Part shown: piece after piece, positions 30,744 through 39,116 of the stretch
Layout of the letters: each line of letters begins with the position of its first letter
Position numbering within the stretch: position 1 is the stretch's first letter
Assembly (NCBI GenBank): GCA_947466965.1
Contig: CANIFU010000001.1
Location: forward strand, 61,885-125,884
Direction: 5' to 3'
DNA length: 64,000 nucleotides
Source: Bacteroidota bacterium
GTDB taxonomy: Bacteria > Bacteroidota > Bacteroidia > 2-12-FULL-35-15
Notes under the pieces: model-generated
Database searches by the model: none
Told to the model about the DNA's origin: nothing
Seen by the model: the letters and a program-made list of their open reading frames with translations, nothing else
Translations under genes and position numbers: made by a program

Positions 30744-31739
30744 ATGAATATTTACATCACACTTGATTATGAAATTTACTTTGGTGAAAACCATGGTTCG
30801 GTTGAGAAATGTATTATATATCCTACTTCTGAATTAATTCGTATTGCTGAAAAACACCATGTTCATTTTTGTTTTTTTGTGGACGCTGGTTTTGTTTTGA
30901 AGTTAGATGAATATAGAATTAAATACCCTGTTTTGGAAAAAGATTATCAAGCAATTATTAATCAGGTAAAATATTTATCCGATACCGGACACGATATTCA
31001 ATTGCACATTCATCCGCATTGGGAAGACAGTTTTTTTGATGGAAATCGATGGGTAATGAATGTCAACCGGTATAAACTTTCCGATTTTAATAATGATGAA
31101 ATTGCAGATATAGTGCAGAGATATAAAAAAGTTATCTTTGATATAATTCAAAAACCTATTTTTGCTTTTAGAGCTGGTGGTTGGTGTTTGCAACCTTTTA
31201 ATAAACTGAGTAACGTTTTCAAAGAGAATAATATTTCTCTTGATAGTAGTGTTTTCAGAAACGGACAATATACCTCAAAGCAGTATTCTTTCGATTTTAG
31301 ATTGGCACCAGATAAGGATATTTATAAATTTGAAGCTGATGTTGTAACTGAAGATCCATCGGGTTTTTTTACAGAACTTCCAATTAGCCCAATTCGTAAT
31401 TCGCCAATTTTCTTTTGGAAATTGTTTTTACTAGGAAGAAAAAATCCCTATTTACATAAACCTTTAGGTGATGGTCGAGCGATGGCTGCACCAGGTTACA
31501 GAAAAAAACTGTTGACTCAATTTACCAACAATCCAGTTTCTGTAGATGGTTACAATGCATCGCTTTTACAAAAAGCACTGAACCGTTTATTAAAAAAGCA
31601 ATTCAATCATATGGTTATTATTGGACACCCGAAGGGGCTGTCACGTTTTTCTATTATTAAAATTGAAAATTTTGTTGAAATGAATAAAACGAAACATAAT
31701 TTCACAACGTTTACAAAAATATTCGGAGGAAACAAATGA
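30744..31739 (+). CDS. Second CE4-like / polysaccharide-deacetylase-like protein
   Basis: ITLDYE... and LHIHPHWED His cluster. Weak motif-level call only. Confidence 0.45.
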   Translation: MNIYITLDYEIYFGENHGSVEKCIIYPTSELIRIAEKHHVHFCFFVDAGFVLKLDEYRIKYPVLEKDYQAIINQVKYLSDTGHDIQLHIHPHWEDSFFDGNRWVMNVNRYKLSDFNNDEIADIVQRYKKVIFDIIQKPIFAFRAGGWCLQPFNKLSNVFKENNISLDSSVFRNGQYTSKQYSFDFRLAPDKDIYKFEADVVTEDPSGFFTELPISPIRNSPIFFWKLFLLGRKNPYLHKPLGDGRAMAAPGYRKKLLTQFTNNPVSVDGYNASLLQKALNRLLKKQFNHMVIIGHPKGLSRFSIIKIENFVEMNKTKHNFTTFTKIFGGNK

Positions 31740-32662
31740 TTGTTTTTAAAGAACAAAAAGACATCAATAAAAAAAAATGGGATGCTTGTATCAGTAATAG
31801 CTCAAGTCCATCCATCTTTGTCTATTCCTGGTATCTGGATATCGTATGTACGAATTGGGGCGCATTAGTTTTAGGCGACTATGATGCCGTTTTTCCTTTG
31901 GCACCTAAAATAAAATATAAAATTCATTATTTGTATCAGCCATTTTTTACTAGATATTTTGGAGTTTTTTCTAAGTCTGAAATAAGAAGTAATATTACCG
32001 CTGATTTTTTTAATGCCATTCCCCCACAATTTAAGTATATAGAATTTTGTTTACAGGAAGAAATTAATTTTAAATCAGCTGCTTTTGTTTTGCTGGAAAA
32101 AAAATTTCAACTTCTGGATCTTAATCAGAAATACGAAACGATTCAAAAAAACTTTTCAGATAATTCTAGACGCAATGTCAAAAAAGCAATTAAAGCTGGA
32201 TTGAAAATTCAGCCGGACATATCTCCCGATAAAATTGTTAATCTTTTTAAGATCACAAAAGGGAACGAATTAGAAATATTTAATTTGGATGATTATAAAA
32301 TTCTAATTGCCTTAATGAATAAGTGTAATGATCTTAATAAGGGTCAGTCGATTGCTGTTTATGATGGAGATCAATTGTGTGCTGCTGCTTTTTTTATGTT
32401 TAATGGAAATAGATTTACTTTTCTTAAAAGTGGTGTAACTAACGAGGGCAAGTCTAAAGGGGCTATGCACTTATTGTTCGACTACTTTATAAGAGTAAAT
32501 GCTGAGAAAAAATACCAACTTGATTTTGGTGGGTCATCAGTAGAAAATGTTGCTCGTTTCTACAAAAATTTCGGAGCAAAAGATTGTGTATATTTGCAAG
32601 TAAAGCAAAATAACTTACCAAAGATAGTTCAGTGGGTTAAATCTTTAAAAAAGAAAATATAA
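31736..32662 (+). CDS. FemAB-like / GNAT-fold acyl(aminoacyl)transferase
   Basis: SRRNVKKAIKAGLKI and a two-lobed organisation of about 300 aa resemble FemX/FemAB-type transferases. ATGA overlap with the upstream gene. Confidence 0.5.
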   Translation: MIVFKEQKDINKKKWDACISNSSSPSIFVYSWYLDIVCTNWGALVLGDYDAVFPLAPKIKYKIHYLYQPFFTRYFGVFSKSEIRSNITADFFNAIPPQFKYIEFCLQEEINFKSAAFVLLEKKFQLLDLNQKYETIQKNFSDNSRRNVKKAIKAGLKIQPDISPDKIVNLFKITKGNELEIFNLDDYKILIALMNKCNDLNKGQSIAVYDGDQLCAAAFFMFNGNRFTFLKSGVTNEGKSKGAMHLLFDYFIRVNAEKKYQLDFGGSSVENVARFYKNFGAKDCVYLQVKQNNLPKIVQWVKSLKKKI

Positions 32663-32667
32663 AAAAT

Positions 32668-33315
32668 ATGGTACATGTTTTAGGAGCAAGTAATTCAATT
32701 TTTAATCAGTTTATTGCTGAGATACGCGATGAGAATATTCAGAAGGATAGTATGCGTTTTCGTAAAAATATCGAACGCATGGGTGAAATCTTCGCTTATG
32801 AAATCAGTAAAAAAATGAATTATGAATTACGTGAAGTGACAACTCCATTAGGCATTTCAAATGTATCAGTTCCATCAGAACAACCTGTTGTTGCTACTAT
32901 TTTACGTGCAGGTCTTCCATTACATCAAGGCGTTTTGAATTATTTTGATAAAGCTCAAAATGCATTTATTTCAGCATATCGCAAACATCACAAAGATGGA
33001 AGTTTTGATATTCAGGTGGAGTATTTAGCTTCCCCCGATTTAAATAAAAAGGTGTTAGTACTCTGCGATCCTATGCTAGCATCAGGATCTTCAATGGTGT
33101 TAACATACCAGGCTTTATTAAGAAGAGGCGTTCCTGCTCACACGCATATTGTTTCTGTTATTGCAAGTAGTGAAGGATTAGAGTATGTGAAAAAACATTT
33201 GCCAGAAAATGTTACAATTTGGATTGGTGCTATTGATGAAGAACTTACTGCACAATCATACATTGTCCCAGGATTAGGTGACGCTGGTGATTTAGCATTT
33301 GGTGAGAAGATATAA
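32668..33315 (+). CDS. upp: Uracil phosphoribosyltransferase
   Basis: VLVLCDPMLASGSS PRPP-binding loop and the YIVPGLGDAGD C-terminal motif. Confidence 0.93.
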   Translation: MVHVLGASNSIFNQFIAEIRDENIQKDSMRFRKNIERMGEIFAYEISKKMNYELREVTTPLGISNVSVPSEQPVVATILRAGLPLHQGVLNYFDKAQNAFISAYRKHHKDGSFDIQVEYLASPDLNKKVLVLCDPMLASGSSMVLTYQALLRRGVPAHTHIVSVIASSEGLEYVKKHLPENVTIWIGAIDEELTAQSYIVPGLGDAGDLAFGEKI

Positions 33316-33324
33316 ATATACTGT

Positions 33325-33804
33325 ATGAACTCTTGGTTAGAAATTATTTCTGTTTTTTTATTTAGTTCATTTAAATTTGTTTTTGGTGGTGTGCCTATGG
33401 CTTTAAGTTTTGGGTTTTCTTATTTTGAAAGTATAACTGTTACAACTTTTGGAGGATGCTTTGGGGTAGTTGTTTTTGTTTTTACAAGTGAAAAACTTAT
33501 CGCTTTTTTAAAAAAAAGGCAATTGGTCAATCGAGCTAACAATCCTAATTCCATCGCTAAAAAGAAATTTAATAGAAAAAACAGAATGATTATTTCTGTT
33601 AAAAGACGCTTCGGTTTATTTGGATTTTCAATTTTAATTCCTTTCTTAATCCCTATTCCAATCGGATGTTTCCTTGCAGTGAAGTATTTCAATGACAAGC
33701 AAAAAATTTTAAGATACATGTTCCTTTCTATCTTATTTTGGTCTGTTATCGGAACGCTTTTATACAAACCCCTTATTGATGCAATACGAAACTATTTTCT
33801 TTGA
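33325..33804 (+). CDS. Small integral membrane protein (about 4 TM helices, function unknown)
   Basis: Hydrophobic segments separated by a K/R-rich loop; 159 aa. Confidence 0.5.
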   Translation: MNSWLEIISVFLFSSFKFVFGGVPMALSFGFSYFESITVTTFGGCFGVVVFVFTSEKLIAFLKKRQLVNRANNPNSIAKKKFNRKNRMIISVKRRFGLFGFSILIPFLIPIPIGCFLAVKYFNDKQKILRYMFLSILFWSVIGTLLYKPLIDAIRNYFL

Positions 33805-34471
33805 TCTTGATCATACCCTTTGGGATTTTGAAAGAAATTCCTACGAAGCACTATCCGAACTTGCTGATAAGTATAAGTTAATTGAAAAAGGTGTATCTTC
33901 TCTTAAGAGTTTCATTAATGATTATTTTGTAATCAATGAATTGTTATGGGACGAATACAGAAAGGGTAGCATAACAAAGGAGTCGCTCCGATATGAACGT
34001 TTTTACCGTACATTAAAAAAATACGAGATTGAAGATTTTCAACTTGCTCAATCTTTTGGAGACGATTATGTTTCTATTTCACCTTTTAAAACGTATCTTT
34101 TTCCTCATTGTGTTGAAATACTAGACTATTTAAAAGATAACTACTCCTTGCATATTATAACGAATGGTTTTGAGGAAGTACAACATCTTAAATTGAAAAA
34201 CTGTAAACTAGATCGTTATTTCACTGAGGTGATTACCTCTGAACGTTCGGGTTATAAGAAACCTGATGCGCGAATGTTTCACTTTTCGTTGGCTGCTACC
34301 AATGAAAACCCTGAAAATTGTTTGATGATTGGGGATAGTTTGGAGGCGGATATATTGGGCGCTAAAAAGGTTGGGATAGATCAAGTTTATTTTAATCCCC
34401 AAGGAAATTTTCATTCAGAAATTCTAACACATGAAATTAAAAGTTTAGTTGAATTAAAAGACTTTTTATAA
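33779..34471 (+). CDS. HAD-superfamily hydrolase, YjjG-like pyrimidine 5'-nucleotidase
   Basis: FFDLDHTLWDF (DxDxT), ITNG, KKPD and GDSLEADILGA motifs. Confidence 0.8.
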   Translation: MQYETIFFDLDHTLWDFERNSYEALSELADKYKLIEKGVSSLKSFINDYFVINELLWDEYRKGSITKESLRYERFYRTLKKYEIEDFQLAQSFGDDYVSISPFKTYLFPHCVEILDYLKDNYSLHIITNGFEEVQHLKLKNCKLDRYFTEVITSERSGYKKPDARMFHFSLAATNENPENCLMIGDSLEADILGAKKVGIDQVYFNPQGNFHSEILTHEIKSLVELKDFL

Positions 34472-34528
34472 AAAATCTTTTTCTATGTATTTGCATTTGT
34501 TTATAGAAAGATAATTAATATGTTCGTT

Positions 34529-34570
34529 AAAAAAAAATCCGCTTCGTTTTTTTTCGAAGCGGATTTTTTT
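34529..34570. terminator. Bidirectional intrinsic terminator
   Basis: A-run, AATCCGCTTCG, T8 loop, CGAAGCGGATT, T-run. It lies between convergent genes. Confidence 0.8.
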
Positions 34571-34586
34571 AATAAAAAGTTAATTA

Positions 34587-34907
34587 CTATTTATCAGATT
34601 TTGAAGGGGCTGCTTCAGTTTTTGCTTTACAACAAGTTTTTGCTCCTGTTGATTTCTCTCCAGTACAAGCTTTAGCTTCTGTTTTTTCACCAGAACAAGC
34701 TTTTGCTTCCATTTTTTCCCCAGAACAAGCTTTTCCGTTAGCATCTTTTTTACAACATGCTTTTTCCTCTTTTTTCTTTTTGTCATCCCCTTTTTTGTCA
34801 TCCCCTTTTAGGGTTAGAACAGTAGCATGAGAAGAACTTACTAAAGATGTAGCAGATGCAGCACCAACAATTCCTGTGAATGCCAATAATAAAAATAATT
34901 TTTTCAT
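34587..34907 (-). CDS. Small secreted Lys/Cys-rich repeat protein
   Basis: Signal peptide MKKLFLLLAFTGIVGAASA, then GDDKK x2, then CC...KAC-SGEKMEAKAC-SGEKTEAKAC-TGEKSTGAKTCC. Confidence 0.6.
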   Translation of the reverse strand: MKKLFLLLAFTGIVGAASATSLVSSSHATVLTLKGDDKKGDDKKKKEEKACCKKDANGKACSGEKMEAKACSGEKTEAKACTGEKSTGAKTCCKAKTEAAPSKSDK

Positions 34908-35011
34908 GTGGTTTGTTTTTTAGGTATTTATTAAATGTTCAATCGTTAATCTTAAACAAAAGTACGAAAAGCTATTTATTACTATAAAAAATGAAGTTAA
35001 TTTTTGTTAAT

Positions 35012-35671
35012 CTATTCAAAAGTGGCGATTATCGTTTCTGGTCCTGTTACTTTTTCTTCTAAATTCACCTTCACTTTTACAGTGGTTGGCAGAAAAAGAT
35101 CTACCCTGGAGCCAAATTTAATAAATCCGAATTCTGTGCCCTGTGCAGCAATATCGTTTTCCTTTGAATAATTCACTATTCTTCTTGCCATTGCTCCAGC
35201 TATTTGTCGGAATAATATTTCTTGTCCGTTTTTATGTTTCACAACAATTGTTGTTCGTTCATTGTCTGTAGATGATTTTGGATGCCAAGCCACTAAAAAT
35301 AATCCTGGATGATATTTTGAAAATTTCACTACTCCACTAATAGGATAACGATTAATATGCACATTTATTGGCGACATAAATATAGATATCTGTAACCGTT
35401 TATCTTTAAAGTACTCCGTTTCCATAACTTCTTCTATTACCACTACCTTTCCATCTGCTGGGGCAATTATCGCATTATCATCTATAGTAATGGTCCGATT
35501 AGGGTTTCTGAAGAACTGTATAATAGTTATAAGTAAAAAGGCTGATAATGCATAACCTAACCAAACAACAATTGGATAAGTTGAACAAAAATAATGTGTT
35601 AGAAAATTAATTACTGATATAACAATTAGTGTAATGATTAAGGATGGAATACCTTCTTTGTGAAATTTCAT
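35012..35671 (-). CDS. psd: Phosphatidylserine decarboxylase family proenzyme
   Basis: Two N-terminal TM helices; FIKFGSRVDLFLP contains the G-S self-cleavage motif. Confidence 0.88.
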   Translation of the reverse strand: MKFHKEGIPSLIITLIVISVINFLTHYFCSTYPIVVWLGYALSAFLLITIIQFFRNPNRTITIDDNAIIAPADGKVVVIEEVMETEYFKDKRLQISIFMSPINVHINRYPISGVVKFSKYHPGLFLVAWHPKSSTDNERTTIVVKHKNGQEILFRQIAGAMARRIVNYSKENDIAAQGTEFGFIKFGSRVDLFLPTTVKVKVNLEEKVTGPETIIATFE

Positions 35672-35687
35672 ATAAATTGATTTTAGT

Positions 35688-35716
35688 ATAAAAGCCCGAA
35701 TGTGATCGGGCTTTTA
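35688..35716 (-). terminator. Hairpin between yidC and psd
   Basis: AAAAGCCCGA-ATGTGA-TCGGGCTTTT, symmetric with A/T runs on both sides. Confidence 0.6.
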
Positions 35717-35720
35717 TAAA

Positions 35721-37625
35721 TTATTTTTTCTTCGTTGTGATCTGTTGACGTTCTTTTGTCATTTGCTCTAATTTCTGTTGAAATTTAGATTGTTTTACAG
35801 GTTTCTTTTTATTTTCTTGAAGTTTAGCATGTAACGCATCGTGATCGATCACAAATTTTTGTATGGCCCATGTTTGTCCGAATGTGATCATGTTTGCAAG
35901 AAAGTAATACCAGCTTAATCCTGCGGAATAACTATTCATAAATCCAAGGAACATGATTGGCATGAGGTACATCATCCATTTCATTCCAGGCATTTGATTG
36001 CTGGTTCCCATTAATTGACTGTTACTCCAGGTATAAAGCAGGGTAGAAGCGGTCATTAAAAGAGCAAACAAACTAACGTGGTCACCGTACCAAGGAACAT
36101 TAAATCCGAAATTGTATACCGAATCAAATGTTGAGAGATCATGTGCCCAAAGAAAGCCTTGTTGACGTAATTCTATTGATGCTGGAAAGAAGTTAAATAA
36201 TGCAATTAAAATTGGCATTTGAAGCAATACAGGAATACAACCAGCCATTGGATTTACACCCGCAGATTTATACAATGCCATTGTTGCCTGTTGTTTTTTT
36301 ACAGGATCATCATTTTTGTGCTTTTCATTTAACTCATCAATTTCGGGTTTTAATACACGCATTTTTGCTGATGAAAGAATCGTTTTGTAAGCGATTGGCA
36401 AAAGCAATAATTTCAAAATGATTGTCAAGATAAGAATGATAATTCCATAGTTCAAATTCAAACTGTCAAGCGCATTGAAGATAGGAATCGTTAAGAAACG
36501 GTTCAGCCAACCGAATATTTTCCATCCTAAATTGATCTGTTTTTCTAGCTCTAAATCATATTTTTTAAGGGTTTTGAAATGGTTCGGTCCAAAATACATG
36601 CGCATTCCGATTGTCTCAGATTTTTCGTTTTTGAAAGGAAGAAAAAGGGATGCCTTGTATACTTTCACAAAATTCGAAGTTGCAGGTTCTGAAATAGTTT
36701 CAATCGCTGTATTTTTTGAAAATGTGTTGTCAGCTATAATAACAGCAGTGAAAAATTGTTGTTTGAAGCCAATCCATTTTACAGGAAATTCCATTGGCTG
36801 TTTCTCATAGGAAGACTCACTTATTTTATCCACATTTTCATTCGGATATTTAAAGTAAATAGTAGACGCCATTGCTTGGTTTTGGTGATTTTGTTCTTGC
36901 ATTGGCGTTTTCATTCCCCAATTCATCTGAAGACTTCCTTTATTGGTAATGATGTCTTGCATGCCAACCGTATTTATTCGGAAGCCCATCATGTATTCAT
37001 TACCTGATAATGAATAAACAAATTCAATGTATTTCGCTTTATCTCCTGCATATAAACGCAAGGAAATGCTTTTTGATTCTGTTCCTGAAATAGAAAAACT
37101 ACTTCCTTTCGGTGTGAAAAACAATGAGTCGGTTGCAAATTCCTTTGCATATGCCTTAAATATTATATTTTGGGTAGATGAATCGGAATTAAATAATAAC
37201 AATGGTTTTTGATCAAATGTTTTGTAGTTTTTTAATTCTACAGAAGCAACTCTTCCACCTTTAGGGGAAATGTTTACTTTCATTACTTCGTTTTCAATGG
37301 TGATGATTTTGCTATCACCGCTTGTTGCAGCTGCGAAATCTCCATAAACCAATTTTTGTAGAATTGTTTTTACTGAGTCGTTTATTTTTCCAGTAGAATC
37401 TCTTAATATTGTTAATGGGCTGTCCGATGCTGGAATTATTTTTTCTGCTTTTTGGATGGTTGCAATTTTATTTAGTTCATCGGTTTTAAAAAGTGCTATT
37501 GAGTCGGCAATAATTTGTTGCTCTTTTTTTTGAGCAATTTCTTTTGCTGTAGGTTGGCTCATCATCATCCAGCCAATTAAAATAGCTCCAATCAGTAATA
37601 ATCCTATAATCGATTTTCTATCCAT
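35721..37625 (-). CDS. yidC: Membrane protein insertase YidC
   Basis: 634 aa with a large periplasmic P1 domain and a conserved C-terminal 5-TM core (GCIPVLLQMPILIALF...). Confidence 0.95.
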   Translation of the reverse strand: MDRKSIIGLLLIGAILIGWMMMSQPTAKEIAQKKEQQIIADSIALFKTDELNKIATIQKAEKIIPASDSPLTILRDSTGKINDSVKTILQKLVYGDFAAATSGDSKIITIENEVMKVNISPKGGRVASVELKNYKTFDQKPLLLFNSDSSTQNIIFKAYAKEFATDSLFFTPKGSSFSISGTESKSISLRLYAGDKAKYIEFVYSLSGNEYMMGFRINTVGMQDIITNKGSLQMNWGMKTPMQEQNHQNQAMASTIYFKYPNENVDKISESSYEKQPMEFPVKWIGFKQQFFTAVIIADNTFSKNTAIETISEPATSNFVKVYKASLFLPFKNEKSETIGMRMYFGPNHFKTLKKYDLELEKQINLGWKIFGWLNRFLTIPIFNALDSLNLNYGIIILILTIILKLLLLPIAYKTILSSAKMRVLKPEIDELNEKHKNDDPVKKQQATMALYKSAGVNPMAGCIPVLLQMPILIALFNFFPASIELRQQGFLWAHDLSTFDSVYNFGFNVPWYGDHVSLFALLMTASTLLYTWSNSQLMGTSNQMPGMKWMMYLMPIMFLGFMNSYSAGLSWYYFLANMITFGQTWAIQKFVIDHDALHAKLQENKKKPVKQSKFQQKLEQMTKERQQITTKKK

Positions 37626-37660
37626 TGTAATGTAATGTAAGTCTTTAAATTATTTGGGCG

Positions 37661-37668
37661 CAAAGATA
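37661..37668 (-). promoter_or_regulatory. Bacteroidota -7 promoter box (TAtcTTTG on the minus strand) upstream of yidC
   Basis: Exact TAnnTTTG match 36 nt upstream of the yidC ATG. Confidence 0.4.
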
Positions 37669-37798
37669 GCAATTATTTACTGCTGAATTTTGATATTTTA
37701 TATGCTATGTAACAAAATTGAGTAGAGTGTCTTGAATGGGTATCTAATACTATTGAAGTAGTAATTTCCTTGCTATTTACGTACGAATTAAATAATAT

Positions 37799-37835
37799 AA
37801 AAAAGCCCCGATTATAATAATAATCGGGGCTTTTT
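37799..37835 (-). terminator. Terminator of the 37846-38493 gene
   Basis: GCCCCGATTA-TAATAA-TAATCGGGGC with flanking A and T runs. Confidence 0.8.
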
Positions 37836-37845
37836 AAGAATAAAA

Positions 37846-38493
37846 TTATTTTTCGAATTTATTATACCCTTTAGGTATTTCAAACTGTGAAGAATCTACT
37901 TCTTTTTTTATAATTCGGGTAACTTCTAAGCGGGATGTTTCTTTACCCGTCAAATCTGTTTGAAAGGAAAGCATTGGAAACATGTTTTTAATCTCTGCTA
38001 TCTGTAAAAAATAAATAGCTGATTTTTCTTTACGATTCAATTGTCGTAATAATTTATCGAAAAAAGAGAATTTGCCATCAGCAACATAATACGTAACCTG
38101 AGTGTTTTCATCGTTATTTGTAACAATATATTCCACACATTTATATCCTTGAAGGTTTTTAACGTTTTGCCCTTTTTTTATAACACAATTTCCTTTAATT
38201 ACAGGTGACGCAGGCGTGTTTTGATCACCGTATAATTTTCGTTCGTGGTTAATAAATTTCATCGATTTTGCATCCAGATCCACTAAAAATGAGCCTTCAA
38301 TTTTATGCGATTTAGTTCCGATTTCGTCAATTCTTATCTGGTTTCCTTTAACAGTATATACATAGTTACTCGTATCGTTACTAGAAGATTTTTTGAATTC
38401 AATTATCCCTTCAAAAGACTGTGCAGTTAAAGTATAAGAGAATGTAAATAGCATTACAATTATCGTTGTCAGTTGTAAAATAGTTTTTTTCAT
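37846..38493 (-). CDS. Secreted hypothetical protein (DUF4412-like)
   Basis: Signal peptide; the GIIEFKKSS...VKGNQIRIDE pattern is reminiscent of DUF4412. Weak call. Confidence 0.45.
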   Translation of the reverse strand: MKKTILQLTTIIVMLFTFSYTLTAQSFEGIIEFKKSSSNDTSNYVYTVKGNQIRIDEIGTKSHKIEGSFLVDLDAKSMKFINHERKLYGDQNTPASPVIKGNCVIKKGQNVKNLQGYKCVEYIVTNNDENTQVTYYVADGKFSFFDKLLRQLNRKEKSAIYFLQIAEIKNMFPMLSFQTDLTGKETSRLEVTRIIKKEVDSSQFEIPKGYNKFEK

Positions 38494-38662
38494 TTGTTGT
38501 ATTAGAATTTATAAGATTACAGATGTCTGCTAAATTAGTGATTTTTTATAAGAGCACTGTGCTATTTCAAAAGTTGTACCAAATTTTTTTATACTTTTTG
38601 ATTTTTCAGTAGAATGATTCATATTTGCTCTTGTTTTCATTAATTAACAACTAATTTGTTTT

Positions 38663-39022
38663 ATGGCTGAACATAATGATACTGGAAAAAAAGGAGAAGA
38701 AATGGCTGCATTATTCTTGAGAGAAAAAGGGGTGACGATTTTGGAAACCAATTGGAGGTTTGGAAATTTGGAAGCTGATATTATTGGTAAGTTTGATCAA
38801 ACACTTATTCTTGCAGAAGTAAAAACGCGGAAAAGTAATTATTTTGGTGAGCCCGAAAGCTTTGTTACCAAACAGAAGCAGAAAAATCTGATAAGGGCTG
38901 CAAATGAGTATATTCAAAGAAATAATCTCGATCTGGAAGTTCGTTTCGATATCATATCTATTGTTTTGAATGACTACTCCGCGATCAGACATATCGAAGA
39001 TGCTTTTTATCCCCTTCTTTAA
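38663..39022 (+). CDS. yraN: YraN-family (UPF0102) endonuclease-like protein
   Basis: GKKGEEMAALFLREKG..ILETNWR....EADIIG......LILAEVKTR. Confidence 0.85.
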   Translation: MAEHNDTGKKGEEMAALFLREKGVTILETNWRFGNLEADIIGKFDQTLILAEVKTRKSNYFGEPESFVTKQKQKNLIRAANEYIQRNNLDLEVRFDIISIVLNDYSAIRHIEDAFYPLL

Positions 39023-39093
39023 TCAGTTATCAGCTATGTTTTCGTCATTCCCTTGTTAGATGGGAATTCTAAGCATAATTTCTATATTTTTTG

Positions 39094-39101
39094 TATCTTT
39101 G
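39094..39101 (+). promoter_or_regulatory. Bacteroidota -7 promoter box (TAtcTTTG) upstream of the pseudouridine synthase gene
   Basis: Exact TAnnTTTG match 15 nt upstream of the ATG at 39117. It argues against the longer ORF start at 39060. Confidence 0.45.
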
Positions 39102-39116
39102 CAAAAAAGATTAAAA

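Noticed and set aside
34580-34801. Alternative-frame ORF (73 aa, KK/QK-rich) overlapping the Lys/Cys-rich gene.
   Set aside because: It lacks a signal peptide and is a by-product of the 30-nt repeat structure. The 34587-34907 frame has a canonical signal peptide and ordered Cys spacing.
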